A DNA stretch of 63,292 nucleotides, the filler included, from Octopus bimaculoides (taxonomy: Eukaryota): NCBI RefSeq assembly GCF_001194135.2. It is 4 parts of 4 records of this genome, joined end to end, with 100 filler letters (N's around TTAATTAATTAA, not from the genome) between each part and the next. Parts side by side here need not be neighbours in the genome. Positions count along the whole stretch, not along the records: positions 1 to 25,010 come from NC_068984.1; 3 more parts are not named here. One strand, 5' to 3'. Both the position numbers and the translations under genes were made by a program. Below, piece by piece: positions 1-12,756 of the stretch. A model generated the notes under the pieces. The model was not told where the DNA came from and ran no database searches. It worked only from the letters and a program-made list of their open reading frames with translations. The stretch's first letter is position 1, and every line of letters begins with the position of its first letter.

Positions 1-874
1 ATATAAAAAAAAAAAAAAAATTAAATAAAAAACTACTCAGGCCAAATGTGCCAAAAATAGTGGTAACATCTAAAAGTAAATTCAAAACCTAAACATTCTG
101 TTTTTGCATAAAAATTTTGTTTTTCTTCAGCTCATATGATCGAACTTATGAAGACAAGTGTCGTGGTGCTAACCTTTTCGAAAAATATTCAAAATGAAAA
201 AAGTTATTATATAAGCTAAATGTGCCAAAAGTACGTAAAACAATTTTAAAGCGATATTATTACTTATTACACTAGTGAGACGACAAGCTAGCAGAGTTGT
301 TAATGAGCAGGGTGAAAGCTTCACGGCATTTTGTCTGTCTCTACATTCTTTGCAGCATTTGGTCTGTCTCTGTCTACACACACAAGCATATAAGTAATTT
401 TTAAAACGCCCATGAAGGGAGAAACAAAGGTGAGTGTGATGAATACGTAGCTTTAAGGAGAGAGGGGATAAATGACAAGTGAACTCTTTTCTGCTGTCCA
501 TTGTAAATAAAAACAAAGACACACATACATACATAGGTACATACATATTGCTGTATGTACATATTGCAGAAAAATGTTACTGAGGTTTAAAGTTTAATCA
601 TTTTCACCTAATCAGCAAACAGGATTTAGAAGCTAGCATTTTCTGCACAAAATGAAAACAAAATCATTATACGAGGAGGAATCTTTATTAAATAAATGAA
701 AGCAAAGCATTACGATGTAAGAACTGTTGTAAGAACTGAAGTTTTAATAAGACTTTTGTTTGCTTATAAACTTTAATTCAGTATTAAGAGTAGCAGAATT
801 TACATTATTATTTCTTAGGATAAATTGACAAGGTTTTTCCTTTGAGAGTAGCAGGATTCAGATGTTTTTTATAG

Positions 875-1295
875 CAAGACTTCCTTTTGTACTCCTCCCT
901 AAAATCCCCCCTTCTTTTTATTTAATTTTTTTTCTACACAAACCCGTTTTCAGCTACGGAGAATACGAATCTGCAAAAAAATTGGCAAAAATCGGCATTT
1001 TGAAATCACCCCACCCAAATATTTCTAGTTTTTCTAGTTAGGGTTAGGGTTTTAGGGTTAGGGTTTTAGGGTTGGGGTTTTAGGGTTAGGATTGGGGCTT
1101 TAGGGTTATGGTTATGGAAAAAAGTGAAAAATGAAGAAATTGGGTGGGAAGGAGTAAGGGTGGACAAAAAATTTCAAATTCCAATTTTTGGCAATTTTCT
1201 AGAATCTCCGTATCCAAAAAAGGTGGGTTTTTGGCAAAATTTTTTTTAAAAAAACAATAATTTGCGAGAAAAAGGGGGAGGGGGAGGAAGTCTTT
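875..1295. mobile_element. Foldback/MITE-like element with a degenerate (TTAGGG)n core
   Basis: Imperfect inverted arms (aagacttcc/ggaagtctt; tacggaga..aaaattggcaaaaat..tttgaaat and its reverse complement; ccccacccaaat/aattgggtggg) flank TTAGGG-like repeats at about 1038-1117. Confidence 0.55.
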
Positions 1296-1741
1296 CCTTT
1301 TTTTTATTTTCAGGCAAGTTAACAAAAACAGTAGCTGAATTGCTGGCTTTATTTCTATTTTGCATGTATTTCGACTAACAAACTAACTTTGCCTCAACAA
1401 GGACAAATGGCTCTTCTTGCCTTACAGTGGATGCATTGGCTATTTTTGCATTTTTAAAATCATTTTTATATTAGTCAATGCAACAAAACCCTGTCCAGAT
1501 AACTTTTTCTTCTTTTTAGAATTTAAGAAAAATATGTGAAAATTAAAAAAACACAACGTAAAATTCTTATTCTAATTCAATCATCAACAATGAAAAATAA
1601 TTTAAATATTTTTTAACAAAAGAATATTTATTAGTTTTATTACACTGCTTGGAAAAAATATGAAATACAATGAAAAATGCAGGCGCATGCATGTTAATAT
1701 TCTTAAGCTATTACACCTTGAAAAGTACAGAACAAGATTTC

Positions 1742-2604
1742 TACAGTATAATTTGCCTAATTCGTCACCTCGAAAGGAAACTAAAAAGTACTTAAAATTA
1801 AGATTCTACTGTACTTAAAATATTGCAGCCAAGAATAACATTTTTTAAATTAAAATACATAATATTAGGTAAATTTGAGATAATTTATTTTATTTACTAT
1901 GAGAATTTAAAAACATGGTACAAAAATAAGTTTAAAAAAATTTTTTTTTCAAAATCACGTCTTTTGAAATATACGATTAAAATAATCATTTTATTTAGTT
2001 GTATCAAGTATAATCAATAAAATATGAAGTTATAAATAATATTGCACAAGATCTTTTTTTCACTTGAATTGAAATCCCATTACAAAAAAAAAAAACACAT
2101 TGATTGCAGTAGAATGGTCATTAAATGGTTTCAAATTAAACCATATGATCAGTCAATTTTTCCACATTAAAAAAAAAGAAATTAATCTGACAAAGTAAGA
2201 TTTATTAGTTAGCATTAATACAGTAGAATTAGCCTAATTTGTCTTTGGCTAATTTGTTACTTCACTTAATTCGTCATTTTCAATTTTCTCCTAGGGCTGA
2301 CTAATTAGGTGAATTCTACTGTATTTTATTAAAATTAATTTTATTTCATTTTTGAAATACTGCTGTTTCCAAAAATAAACCGATGGGCTTAAATAGAGAC
2401 TTAAATAATTTTGCCTAAATAATTTTTTTTTTCTGAAAATAATAAAAATTACTGGGGCTGGAAAAACCCAATAATGTTTTTATAATTTTTATTTTGATAA
2501 AATATAGCAAATTTTTAAAATGTTATTCTAGGGTGCAGTATTTTAAGTACAGTAGAATTTTAATTTTAAGTACATATTTTTCTTTAGAGATGACGAATTA
2601 GGTA
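1742..2604. mobile_element. Nested Tc1/mariner (pogo/Tigger-like) MITE cluster
   Basis: Inverted arms at about 1755-1855 and 2505-2604; internal hairpin element 2219-2323 with TA-CAGTAGAATT..CCTAATT termini. Confidence 0.55.
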
Positions 2605-2836
2605 TGCACCGATATTTTTCATTATAGTATATATATATATATATATATATATATAGGTTACCATGTCCATACATTGGGTATTCCATCATCCCTGTATAGA
2701 ACTTTCATATATATATATTACACATTCATGTGATATCCAAATCCGTATTAGGTTAATCATTTAATATTCCAACCTACTTTAATAAAACTTGTTGATATCA
2801 ATATGTCAGCTTGAACATCTGTAGATTGATGTCAGC

Positions 2837-4010
2837 AGTAAGTAAAGTACAAGGGTGGGTGCTTGCTTCTTATCTGCTTCATGCTCTTTCTTGCTTGACA
2901 GGGAAGAGGTCATCTCAGGTTAGCGGCCCCAGAGGTGTCATTGTGTGTAGAGCTGACCAGGTCCACCAGTGCTCCACATCACTGGAGGTCCCATGCCAGC
3001 GCCTCTGCATCTTCCAAGATGACATCAAGCCTCTGGAGATCTTTCTTAATCATACCCAGCCATCTGGTAGTGGGCCTGCCATGGGGCATCTTCCAGCATG
3101 TAGCTGCTGTTTCGAGTGAGAGTAAACCCCAGATAAGATGATTTGGAGGGAGGTAGAGAACATGTCTGTACCAGTGTATGCAGTAGAAAGCTATGAGGTG
3201 GGAGGCTGTGGGTTAATGTGTGCATGGACACAATTCTTTGTTGGAAATGTGACAATACCATGATGTTCTCAATGATCCTCAGGGCTCTGCTATCGAAACC
3301 ATCGATCCTCTTTGCCAGGGTCTTCATGTGGAGCTATGTTTCTGCTCCATAGAGAAGAATGGAGAGGACTCACATGTAGATGCAGAGCTTTATCTTCTGG
3401 GAGAATGAGCAACGGTGCTTAAGGGGCTTCCATAAGTAGTACATGACCCAAGTGGCCAGGTCACATCAGCAGTTGATCTCTGGGGTCAGGTTTCCATTAT
3501 TGGTGACTGTAGAGCCCAGGTATATGAAGGAGCTGACAAACTCCATGACGTCAGGGCCAATATAGAGAAGGGGAAGGTCCAGGCCATCACTGACATGCAT
3601 AAGCTTGGTCTTCGTTTGACTCACTTAAAAGCCAAGCTTTGCTGATTCCACTCGGTGTGTATGATCTGTGCATCCCTGAGCTGGTCGATCAAGTTGCTGG
3701 GTGGTATCATCCACATACTCCATTTCGGTAAGGTAGTAGTTCCTGAAGGTAACACCAGAGGCTTGCTCTCAGACCTTGAAATTCAGATAATTGATAACAT
3801 ATAGTTGGAGAGAACATGGGTGGCCACACAGCCCTGTCTGACCCCACTGTTGATGGGGAACCAGTCAGAGTCCTTCCAGTTCCCCCACATGCAACTCTCA
3901 GCACTGTGAGCTAGTGATCTTCGGAGGCATGCCAAAAAGCTTGAGAATTTTCCAGATTGGACAGGGTTAAAGTGCATCATTTTGTAGAGAGTGGCAAGGA
4001 AGATGAGTGT
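2837..4010 (-). mobile_element. RTE-clade LINE, 5'-truncated RT and C-terminal fragment (pseudogenised)
   Basis: SDWFPINSGVRQGCVA, SILLYGAET, KRIDGFDSRALRII across frameshifts; short-repeat tail near 2837. Confidence 0.8.
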
Positions 4011-4525
4011 TGGTTAGGTTTAGATAAATAAGATAAAATATATTACTTACAGACAAAAAAGAAAAGTCTGCTGCTTCACAATGTATCTCATAAAATCTCC
4101 AAACAAACCAAGGTGTTGGTATGGAAGTATTGATGGGTTAAAGTAGCTGACCTGGGTTAGAAGATAAGAAAAAGTTGTTACCTGATTATATTCTTAAATG
4201 ATGTACTATATTGTGAAATGTAAGGGAATTATTTAAAATAACAGCTAAATGTCTGGAGAATTTTTGTGTTTGTGCGTGTGCATGCGCACAACAATTTCTA
4301 CAGCTTATCTGAATGAACAGAGAAAGAAGTACACAAAACATATTTTACATACCTGTTGTATACGTCGGCTTTTTTCTTCTGCTTTAGAGGTAAATGATTC
4401 TGATAGAAGCAATTACCTTACTGTCAATTCATTGGAGTAATCTCAACAAAATACTACAAGCTTAGTCACTGGCTCAGCACCGATGTTTGTGCTCTTCATT
4501 CCAAAATAATAAAGACTTTAACATA

Positions 4526-4982
4526 CTTCCAAAATGGGACTTCATCCATATGTATCCGCGTGTGTATATATGTGTGTGGGGGGATGTTGGGGTGCAAGGA
4601 AAACATTTACGGAAATGAACTTGCACAACATTACACCTCTGAATTTCTTTTTAATTGTGATAATGAAACAAAAAGTTTACTCCTTGCCGCTAAAATTAAT
4701 TCCCCTTGCATTTTCTTTCTTTTTCAATATTCAATTAAAAGAGAGAATATGTTGTTACCAACAACGTAAAAACTTTAGTAACTTGATCGATCTGTCATTG
4801 AACCAGGATTTTCATTTCATTTGATACACACTTTGCTATCATTTATATGGAGAATTGCAAACATGGCTTACAAAGATAACTTATTTTAATAGAAATTTCA
4901 TGAGTACATTTCCATAAATGTTTTTCTTGCACACCAACACACCTGCACGCAGATACACATGGATGAAGTCCCATTTTGAAAG
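4526..4982. mobile_element. MITE with about 100-bp TIRs and a TA target duplication (Tc1/mariner type)
   Basis: TA|cttccaaaatgggacttcatccatatgtatc ... gatacacatggatgaagtcccattttgaaag|TA. Confidence 0.75.
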
Positions 4983-4989
4983 TATTATT

Positions 4990-5365
4990 CTTTTATTTCT
5001 TTTACTTGTTTCAGTCATTTGACCGTGACCATGCTGGAGCCCCACCTTTAGTTGAACAAATTGACCCCAGGATTTATTCTCTGTAAGCCTCGTACTTATT
5101 CTATCAGTTCCTTTTACTGAACCGCTAAGTTACCAAGACGTAAACACCCCAACATCGATTGTCTCGTGATGGCAGGGGGGACAAACACACAAAAACACAC
5201 ACACACACAATGGGTTTCTTTCAGTTTGTTTACCAAATCAACTCACAAGGCTTTGGTTGGCCTGAGGCTATAGTGGAAGATACTTGCCAAAGGTGCCACA
5301 CAGAGGGACTAAACCCGGAACCATGTGGTTGGGAAGCAAGCTTCTTACCACACTGCTACTCCTGC
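4990..5365 (-). mobile_element. tRNA-derived SINE, near full length (CORE-like domain)
   Basis: Reverse strand has A-box-like gtgtggtaaga and B-box-like region, then a ggcacctt(t)ggcaagt CORE-like motif; homologous to copies at 46555 and 50945. Confidence 0.7.
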
Positions 5366-5527
5366 GCTTATTATGTTTTTATTATTTTGGAATGAAGAAC
5401 ACAAACATAAGTGCTGAGTCAGTGACTAAACTTATAGTATTTTGTTGGGATTACTTCAATGAATTGACAGTAAGGTAATTGCTTCTATCAGAATCGTTTA
5501 GCGTTAAAGTGAAAAAAACTAAAGCGT

Positions 5528-6225
5528 TTGACCCGAGCACAAAAACGAAAGAAAAATAGAGTAATAGGTGTAAAACAACTTGCTCTGAACGAATATGAAA
5601 AAAAAAAAAATGCGCGCTCGCGAAAGGGGTGGGGTGGGGAGAGGATTCGGAACATTCACATTGTCACACATTGTCAGTCCATGGTCTCTAAACTAGNNNN
5701 NNNNNNNNNNNNNNNNNNNNNNNNNNNNNNNNNNNNNNNNNNNNNNNNNNNNNNNNNNNNNNNNNNNNNNNNNNNNNNNNNNNNNNNNNNNNNNNNNNNN
5801 NNNNNNNNNNNNNNNNNNNNNNNNNNNNNNNNNNNNNNNNNNNNNNNNNNNNNNNNNNNNNNNNNNNNNNNNNNNNNNNNNNNNNNNNNNNNNNNNNNNN
5901 NNNNNNNNNNNNNNNNNNNNNNNNNNNNNNNNNNNNNNNNNNNNNNNNNNNNNNNNNNNNNNNNNNNNNNNNNNNNNNNNNNNNNNNNNNNNNNNNNNNN
6001 NNNNNNNNNNNNNNNNNNNNNNNNNNNNNNNNNNNNNNNNNNNCACATCGTCAGACCATGGCCTTTAAACTATAGTGTTTGACCCAAGCTGAAGAAAAAA
6101 AAAATAGTGTAATAGGTGTAAAACAACTTGCTCTAAATGAATATGAAAAAAAAAACGTGTGCTCATGAAAGTGGGGTGGGAGAGAGGACACAGAAAATTC
6201 ACATCGTGAATGTTCCGAGACGTAT
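5528..6225 (+). repeat. Tandem array of an about 165-bp unit (interrupted by an N gap)
   Basis: ttgacccgagc..aataggtgtaaaacaacttgctctgaacgaatatg..ggggtgggg..ggaacattcac unit repeated; same family on the opposite strand at 12757-13250. Confidence 0.8.
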
Positions 6226-6440
6226 CAAAAATTTCCTTTCGGTTTCTCGTTCTATTCCACCGAAAAGCCAGATAGATTTTACAAGTCTTCCACGATTATA
6301 TTTCCTCTTTACGATAACCGTCTCATCAATTTTCACTTCGACTCCTGGCCCACCGATTTGATCTTGGTGATTCTCCACCCAATGCTGACAAACTTCCGAA
6401 CAGAAAGATCTCCAATCAGCACACCAGATCCAGCCCGCTA
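6226..6440 (-). mobile_element. Merlin (IS1595/ISXO2-like) DDE transposase fragment
   Basis: DWRSFCSEVC...IGGPGVEVKIDETVIVKRKYNRGRLVKSIWLFGGIERE matches the ISXO2-like transposase core around the first catalytic Asp. Confidence 0.85.
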
Positions 6441-6554
6441 CAAGATGCATGTGAGTGTGTGTATGTGTTGTGTGAATATATGTGTGTGTATGAGCGGATA
6501 CGTGCATGCATGTATGAGTATGTGTGTAAATATATGTATATTATATGTATGTAC

Positions 6555-6588
<34 letters not shown>

Positions 6589-6820
6589 ATAAAATTTTTT
6601 TCAATTTTAACCGTTGTCTGCGGAAATAGTGACACGTGTGGATGGATAAGCGTATACTTTAAGGTTATATGTATATATGTGTGTATACGTGTTTATATGA
6701 TTGTGTGTGCTTGTACGTAAGTATAGATAGGTTTATGTTTGCATGTATCTAAGACATTGTATCCATTCACCGTCAGACATTTGTGAGAGGGACACACACA
6801 CACATATATATAACAAATAT

Positions 6821-6869
<49 letters not shown>

Positions 6870-6870
6870 C

Positions 6871-7001
6871 CAGAGTAAGCATATAAATGCGAAATAAGGT
6901 GGAAAAAATAGTACTCGAATACCAGAGGTAGAGTAATATGCTTTATTAAAAAGCATCAAAAATATCACAAAACCTGTTACTCAGAGTTTTATGTTCCCGT
7001 T
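6871..7001 (-). mobile_element. PLE terminal-repeat fragment (family 1) with the 3' half of a hammerhead-like motif
   Basis: Reverse strand aacgggaacataaaactctgagtaacagg..ttgtgatatttttgatgctttttaataaag is homologous to 11287-11346. Confidence 0.5.
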
Positions 7002-7049
7002 AATTGCATAGTTTTGTGAAGCGGGTTGCTAGAAACCCAGCAGGATTAA

Positions 7050-9690
7050 AAACAAGACCTGTTGAAAGGTCTGATGAACCTAGTGCAGGCTCAACGGCTA
7101 TCTAGCAATAACCCGGGTACGCAGAAATTCCGGGATGGTGTCCAGCGTGTTGAAAGACAACTGGGAGTGTGGCACCCCTCAAGCTTCATGTCTGTAGGAG
7201 AAGGTCACTCTGAAGTAAAAGCAGGTATGCAGGGAATAGCATTGGACACATTTTGGGGAAATAGAGGCAGAAGGGGGAGCGCAGAAAAGACAGTGTTGGC
7301 TTTGCAGTTCGATCTCATCCTTAAGAAGTTGGAGGAGCTTCCTGTACCTATAAATGAACGTCTAATGACTCTATGATTTCACCTGAAAGGTGGAAAGTTT
7401 TGCTACTTTACAAGTGCCTATATAGCTGTGCTGAAGATACAAGTATTTTTTTATACCCAGCTGAGAGCCATACTTCTGAAAATCCCTAATTCTGATCATG
7501 TCGTTCTAATGGGGATATTTCAATGCCATTGTTGGAACTGACTGGCAAACATGGAACTCTCTACGACGTTTTGGAGTATGGAACATGAGTAGTAATGGTC
7601 TCATGCTGCTGGAGCTCTATGATGAACATGGACTTTACATCACAAGCACTCATTTTATGTACAAAGGTGATCACACAACAACGTGGATGCATCCAAGGTC
7701 TAAAGTTTGGCACTTGCTGGATTATGTTATCATCTGCAAGCATGACATCTATGACATTTGTAATGTCAAGTCTTTTCATGGATCAGAATGCTGGACAGAT
7801 CATAGTCTGGTGCGAGCAAACTTCCAGATGATGATTAGAGTAAAAGAGAGGAGAGGGCCAGTCAGCATTCCCCGGCGTCTGAATGTCCACGAGATATNNN
7901 NNNNNNNAGAGGGCCAGTCAGCATTCCCCGGCGTCTGAATGTCCACGAGATATATAATGCTGTGTTGAAGAAAGAGCTTCTGACTTGCTTACTGCAGCAT
8001 GGGAAAACTTTCTGTTGTGTAGGGAAATCTAGCACTTGCCCACTATAGCAGTGTAAAATCACTACTGCAGCGATCTTTCAAGAAGATGCAGAACACTTGG
8101 TGGAAGGATCTTGCTCGTGATGTTCAGGCTGCTGCTGATGCAAATGACCGCAAGAAGCTTTACCATCTCATGAAGCAAGTTTAAGGGCCTAAGAGCTCCA
8201 CATCAGCTCCTTTGCTTTCTAATGAGTTTTCCACTCTAAATCAACAGAAATTGCAGGTCGCTGGATCGAACACTTCTCTGAACTTCGAAACCCATGGGTC
8301 AGTTGTGGATGAAACAGTGAAAGACCTATCATTGGCTCCTTAAATTCCACACCGTCAGTGGATGAAGTAAGGGCATCAATAAGTAAATTGAATCTTGGTA
8401 TGGTATCTGGAAATGATGGAATTTGTACTGGTCTTGCAATTTGGTGGTGATTACATCATACAGTCCCTTCATATGCAATGTGGAGGGATGGTGCAATACC
8501 TAAGGATTGGAAGGACACAATTATTCTTCCTCACTATAAAGGAAAAGGAGCAAGAACATTGTGTGGTAACTATAGAGGTATTACTCTACTATTAGCTGCT
8601 GGCAAAGGTCTGGCAAATATTATTACCTGGTTGAATAGGTGCTGACTAAATGATGTCCTTGTCCATTGATTTAATGAAGGCCTTTGATACTGTAAGTAGG
8701 GCTTTCCGATGGAAAAGACTTGGCAAGCTTGGATATCCAGATTACTTTGTATCTATAATTAAATCATTTTACAATGGGATGAATGCTCGAGACAATCTTG
8801 GTGGAGGCATGGCGGGACCCATTCCTGCAGAGAATGGTGTCAAGTAGGGTGACATCCTTACACCAAATCTCTTTCTTTGTACTTTGCTGCAGCTTTTACT
8901 CATGCTTTTACTAAGGTTCGCTCTCTGGGAATATATGTCAGTTATCGGTCTTCTGACCGCCTCCTTAATCTGCACCGATTTGCTGCCAATTCAAAAGTTT
9001 TTTAGTCTCTTATTCATGACCTCCTTTATGCAGATGACTGTAACTTAGTCACTCATATAGTGGATGACATGAAAATACTTATGAATCGTATTTCTGCTTC
9101 CTGCAAGGCTTTTGGACTCAGCATTAGCATAGACGAGACTGTTGCAATGTTTCAGCCTGCACCAGGAAATCCATATGTGGAACCAGCTATCTTGGTTGAA
9201 GAAACAATTCTGAACGTGGTAGATTAGTTTGTCTACCTGGGCAGCACACTCAACTTTTCTTGTTCCCTGGATGATGAAATATCTTTCAAGCTGCATAGAG
9301 CAACTGATTCCTTCTGGTCTCTTCACTCTCGTGTCTGGTCCCAGCATGGCATCAGAAGGCAAACAAAAATCACTGTGTATTGTGCATGTGTACTGACATC
9401 ACTCCTTTACTCATGTGATACATAGACCCTTTGCAAATGTCATGTAAGGGTCTTTGAAAGGTTTCATCAGAGATGTCTCAGACTTATTCTGGATGTTGAC
9501 TGGACCTTAAAAACTCCAGGCATACAGGTCATGAGGACAGCTGATATCTTGAGTATTGAGGCGATAGTGCACAAGCACCGGTTATGTTGGACCAGATACC
9601 TTATTAGAATGAAGGATAGCAGGATCACTAAACTGATGTTATATGGGGAACTTGTGAATGGAAAGAGACCTCCGGGAGATATATGCGTAC
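7050..9690 (+). mobile_element. RTE-clade LINE (APE endonuclease + RT), heavily mutated
   Basis: TTWMHPRSKVWHLLDYVI..ECWTDHSLV (endonuclease), DLMKAFDTVSR, NGVK-G, LLYADD (RT), IVHKHRLCWTRYLIRMKDSRITKLMLYGEL. Confidence 0.9.
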
Positions 9691-11272
9691 ATATTTTTTG
9701 TATAAATGCATGCATATCTATGTGTGTATATTTAAATTTATGTAAAAATACATGTAACTTTATGTGTTCATCGCGCAAAACATCATTTTACAACTATCTT
9801 CTAAGTATTTTATCTCTTTCCTTCTCTAACTTTCTGTTTCTCTTTTTTCTTTTTGTTTTTCCACTGTTTTCTTTCCCCCACCCACTTATTATTATCTAAT
9901 TTTTTTTTATCTTTCAAATGTAACAACTAACTTGCATAAGCATACGCCAAGAGATTTTCTTTGTGTGTGTGTGCATGCATACATACATACATACAAATAT
10001 ATAAAAAAAATTTCAGAATGAGATAAAAAAACCAAGGCTGTGAAGATTTTAGAACATTTATAAATAGGTCTTACAGCTGTTTCCAGCATATTTATTATAT
10101 CTTTTCATTGGAGAAGGTGTGAGAAAATGGTTAAGCAATAGTTAATTTAGTTAAGATACGAAATAGAGAGTGAAGTGGAGTAATGAAAAAAGATGTGAGA
10201 TATGCAGGGATATTGCATTTGTAGATCCATTATTTAGGCAGAATGGTATGCATATAGGATTCCCAAAACTTATGAATAAAATCCAATAGTATTTAAAATT
10301 GGTCATTCCAAGTATAGAGTTTATACACAGTGCTATTGAATCAAGGGTTTTATTTAAAGTGACCTAAAAGTAGGGAATGTATTTGTAAGTCAAATCAAAA
10401 ACAGGAAAAGAGGAATAAAGAAAAGAGAAAGAAAAAAAAGAGAAGAAAAAAGAAAAAAATAGGAAGAGAGGAATAAAGAAAATAAAAAAGGAAAAAGAAA
10501 AACAAGGAGAGAGATAATAAGGGAAAGTGTACCAGTTAGTGGTCAGTGTAGATAATTTGAAAGTAGGAATGGGGAGATAAGGATGATAGAGAGAGAAAGG
10601 TATTAGAGTGTAAAAAGATAGGAGGAATGGGGGTGATAGAGAGAGAGGGGTATAATAATGTAAAAGCTAAAGGAGTGTCAGTTATGTAGTGATAGAGTCT
10701 AAGTGATGGGGAAGAGAGAGGGGTAATAGTATGGAATGAAGAATTTAGGAATATAGATTAGGTAGTGCTTAGTAGTAGAAGAAAATATTTATGTGAAGAT
10801 GTATACATGTATATATATACGCATTTCTATATATTTATGCCTTGCCTATATACGTCTGTATGTGTATGTAGCCATGCACCTGTGTATGTTTAGTGTATAT
10901 TATAGATTGTTTGGTATATATATTACTAAATGTATACATGATCTAGCGTGAAAATATTTAAAACGGATATATCTTTTATTATCGGCATAATACCCCTCCA
11001 AAGATTCAATAGAATTCATTAGTATTTCTACAGCAAATTATTTATCCTGGTTATTCAGGGTTTTTTCTAACTTTATAAGCTATTTTTGAATTAAGGTTCT
11101 TTGTCGATTATTATAATAATATAATTTTAAACCGCAATTTCCTATTTCCCTCAACCGGTTATTGAAAAGACCGTTAGTTGAAAGGACCAATGAAACAAAA
11201 CCATTTTCAAATGTGTTTCTATCAAAGTAATTGTATTTCTGCATATAACTTTATCTTTCGCCATTCTGATCC

Positions 11273-11346
11273 AAACTGTCTGATGAACAGGAACGTGGAA
11301 CTGTGACTAACAGTTCTTGTGATATTTTTGCTGCTTTTTAATAAAG
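11273..11346 (+). ncRNA. Degenerate type-I hammerhead-ribozyme-like motif in a PLE terminal repeat (family 1)
   Basis: aaactgt-CTGATGA-aca(ggaa)cgt-GGAA-ctgtgact-a-acagtt: stem I and core visible; point changes in stem II, GAAA and stem III. Confidence 0.55.
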
Positions 11347-12297
11347 TATCTATATATATAAATTCCGTTTTGTCTGTCTGTGCGCTTATAACTCGAGCAT
11401 TGTTCATCCCATTGCGCTGAAATCTTAAACATGGATACATGAGAGAGCGAGGTGTTCTGTAATCTAAAAAGATTTTCAAAATTGTCAACTTCAAAGTGAG
11501 AATTGCTATTTTTGTAATCTTTTTGTCCTGTTTGTTCCGCCATTAAAAAGCAAGCAGTTGCTCAGACAGACGGCACATACCATTTCGCTAGCAACAAGGC
11601 GAGTACAGGATGACAATCTGCCAAAACCGTCGCTATGCTGTCTCTCTTCTTTTCTCTCTCTGTCTCTCTTATGATGTCCGATTCCACTTGAAGTTGTATA
11701 TATATTGTGTTAAGATTCGTTATCAATCAATTATCCTAACTGAGAAGAACTAGAGAAAAGTAACAACCACATACAATCACCGAACATCTCCACTACTTAA
11801 CACCGTCCAAGTTAACCCTCTTCACCATTACAGCTGACATGAAAAACTACGAGTTAAAGGGCAACCATTTTAATTAAGCAAAAAAGGAGAAAAAAGTTTA
11901 TTGCTATTTAAACACTTAAAATGTTGGGGTTAATAATCTTATTCTTTAGTTACAGTTTATCATTCAAACTACATAATAGGCAGAATTGTCGGATTAAGAC
12001 AGTAGGGTGTTCTGAGGGAGATGTGGCTACTATTTCTACCAGGTCTAGCTACGTCTACCTACCATGTGGAGGTCTCCCTCATTAGCTTATACATTCACAT
12101 ACACATAAACTCGAAATAAAATACTTAAAGTAACAGGCTTCAAGCCAAGGTCCATGCAGTGTCATGGGCCCCAAAAAATTTCCAACTTCTTGCCTAATGC
12201 GAGCCTTAAGCAGTCTCTTATCTCTTACACTATTTCAGTATTACATCTCTATTGTAATGTGAGATAATTTCAGTTTGAAAGAAGTCTGTTCTATACA

Positions 12298-12328
<31 letters not shown>

Positions 12329-12424
12329 NNNNNNNNNNATATCATGAACTGTCTGTGTAAAGAATAAAAAAAAAGGAAAAGAGTGGAAAGTTTTGTGAAT
12401 AGGGGCAGGGTAAGGTTGAATATT

Positions 12425-12730
12425 TAAGAGAATTTGCAGCGTGTAAGATGTTTGTAAGCAATTCCAGAACAACAAAAGCTGTTACTTTCACTGCAAAATT
12501 AAAATTTCGTTTGTGTCTAAATATTTTCGTTCTTTGAAACCATGGCAAAACCCTGACAAAAACTCGGGCTGCATCTGTTTTATCAGTGAACAAGTCTTGG
12601 TTTCAAAGTGACAAAAATATCAAGACTGAAATGCGATTTAAATGTTGCAGTGAACCAACCGTTTCTCTTTGTGTGTGTGTTTGTGTGTGTTCTTGAATGG
12701 CTTACAAACATCTACTCTTCAAATTGTTTT
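12425..12730. mobile_element. MITE with imperfect inverted arms
   Basis: agatgtttgtaagcaattccagaac vs gttcttgaatggcttacaaacatct; ttcactgcaa vs ttgcagtgaa; exact termini unclear. Confidence 0.5.
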
Positions 12731-12756
12731 ACACCAATTACACTATTTTTTTTTCC

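Noticed and set aside
7849-7952. About 46-bp direct repeat around a 10-N gap (similarly 38256-38491)
   Set aside because: The same sequence on both sides of a gap indicates an unmerged contig overlap
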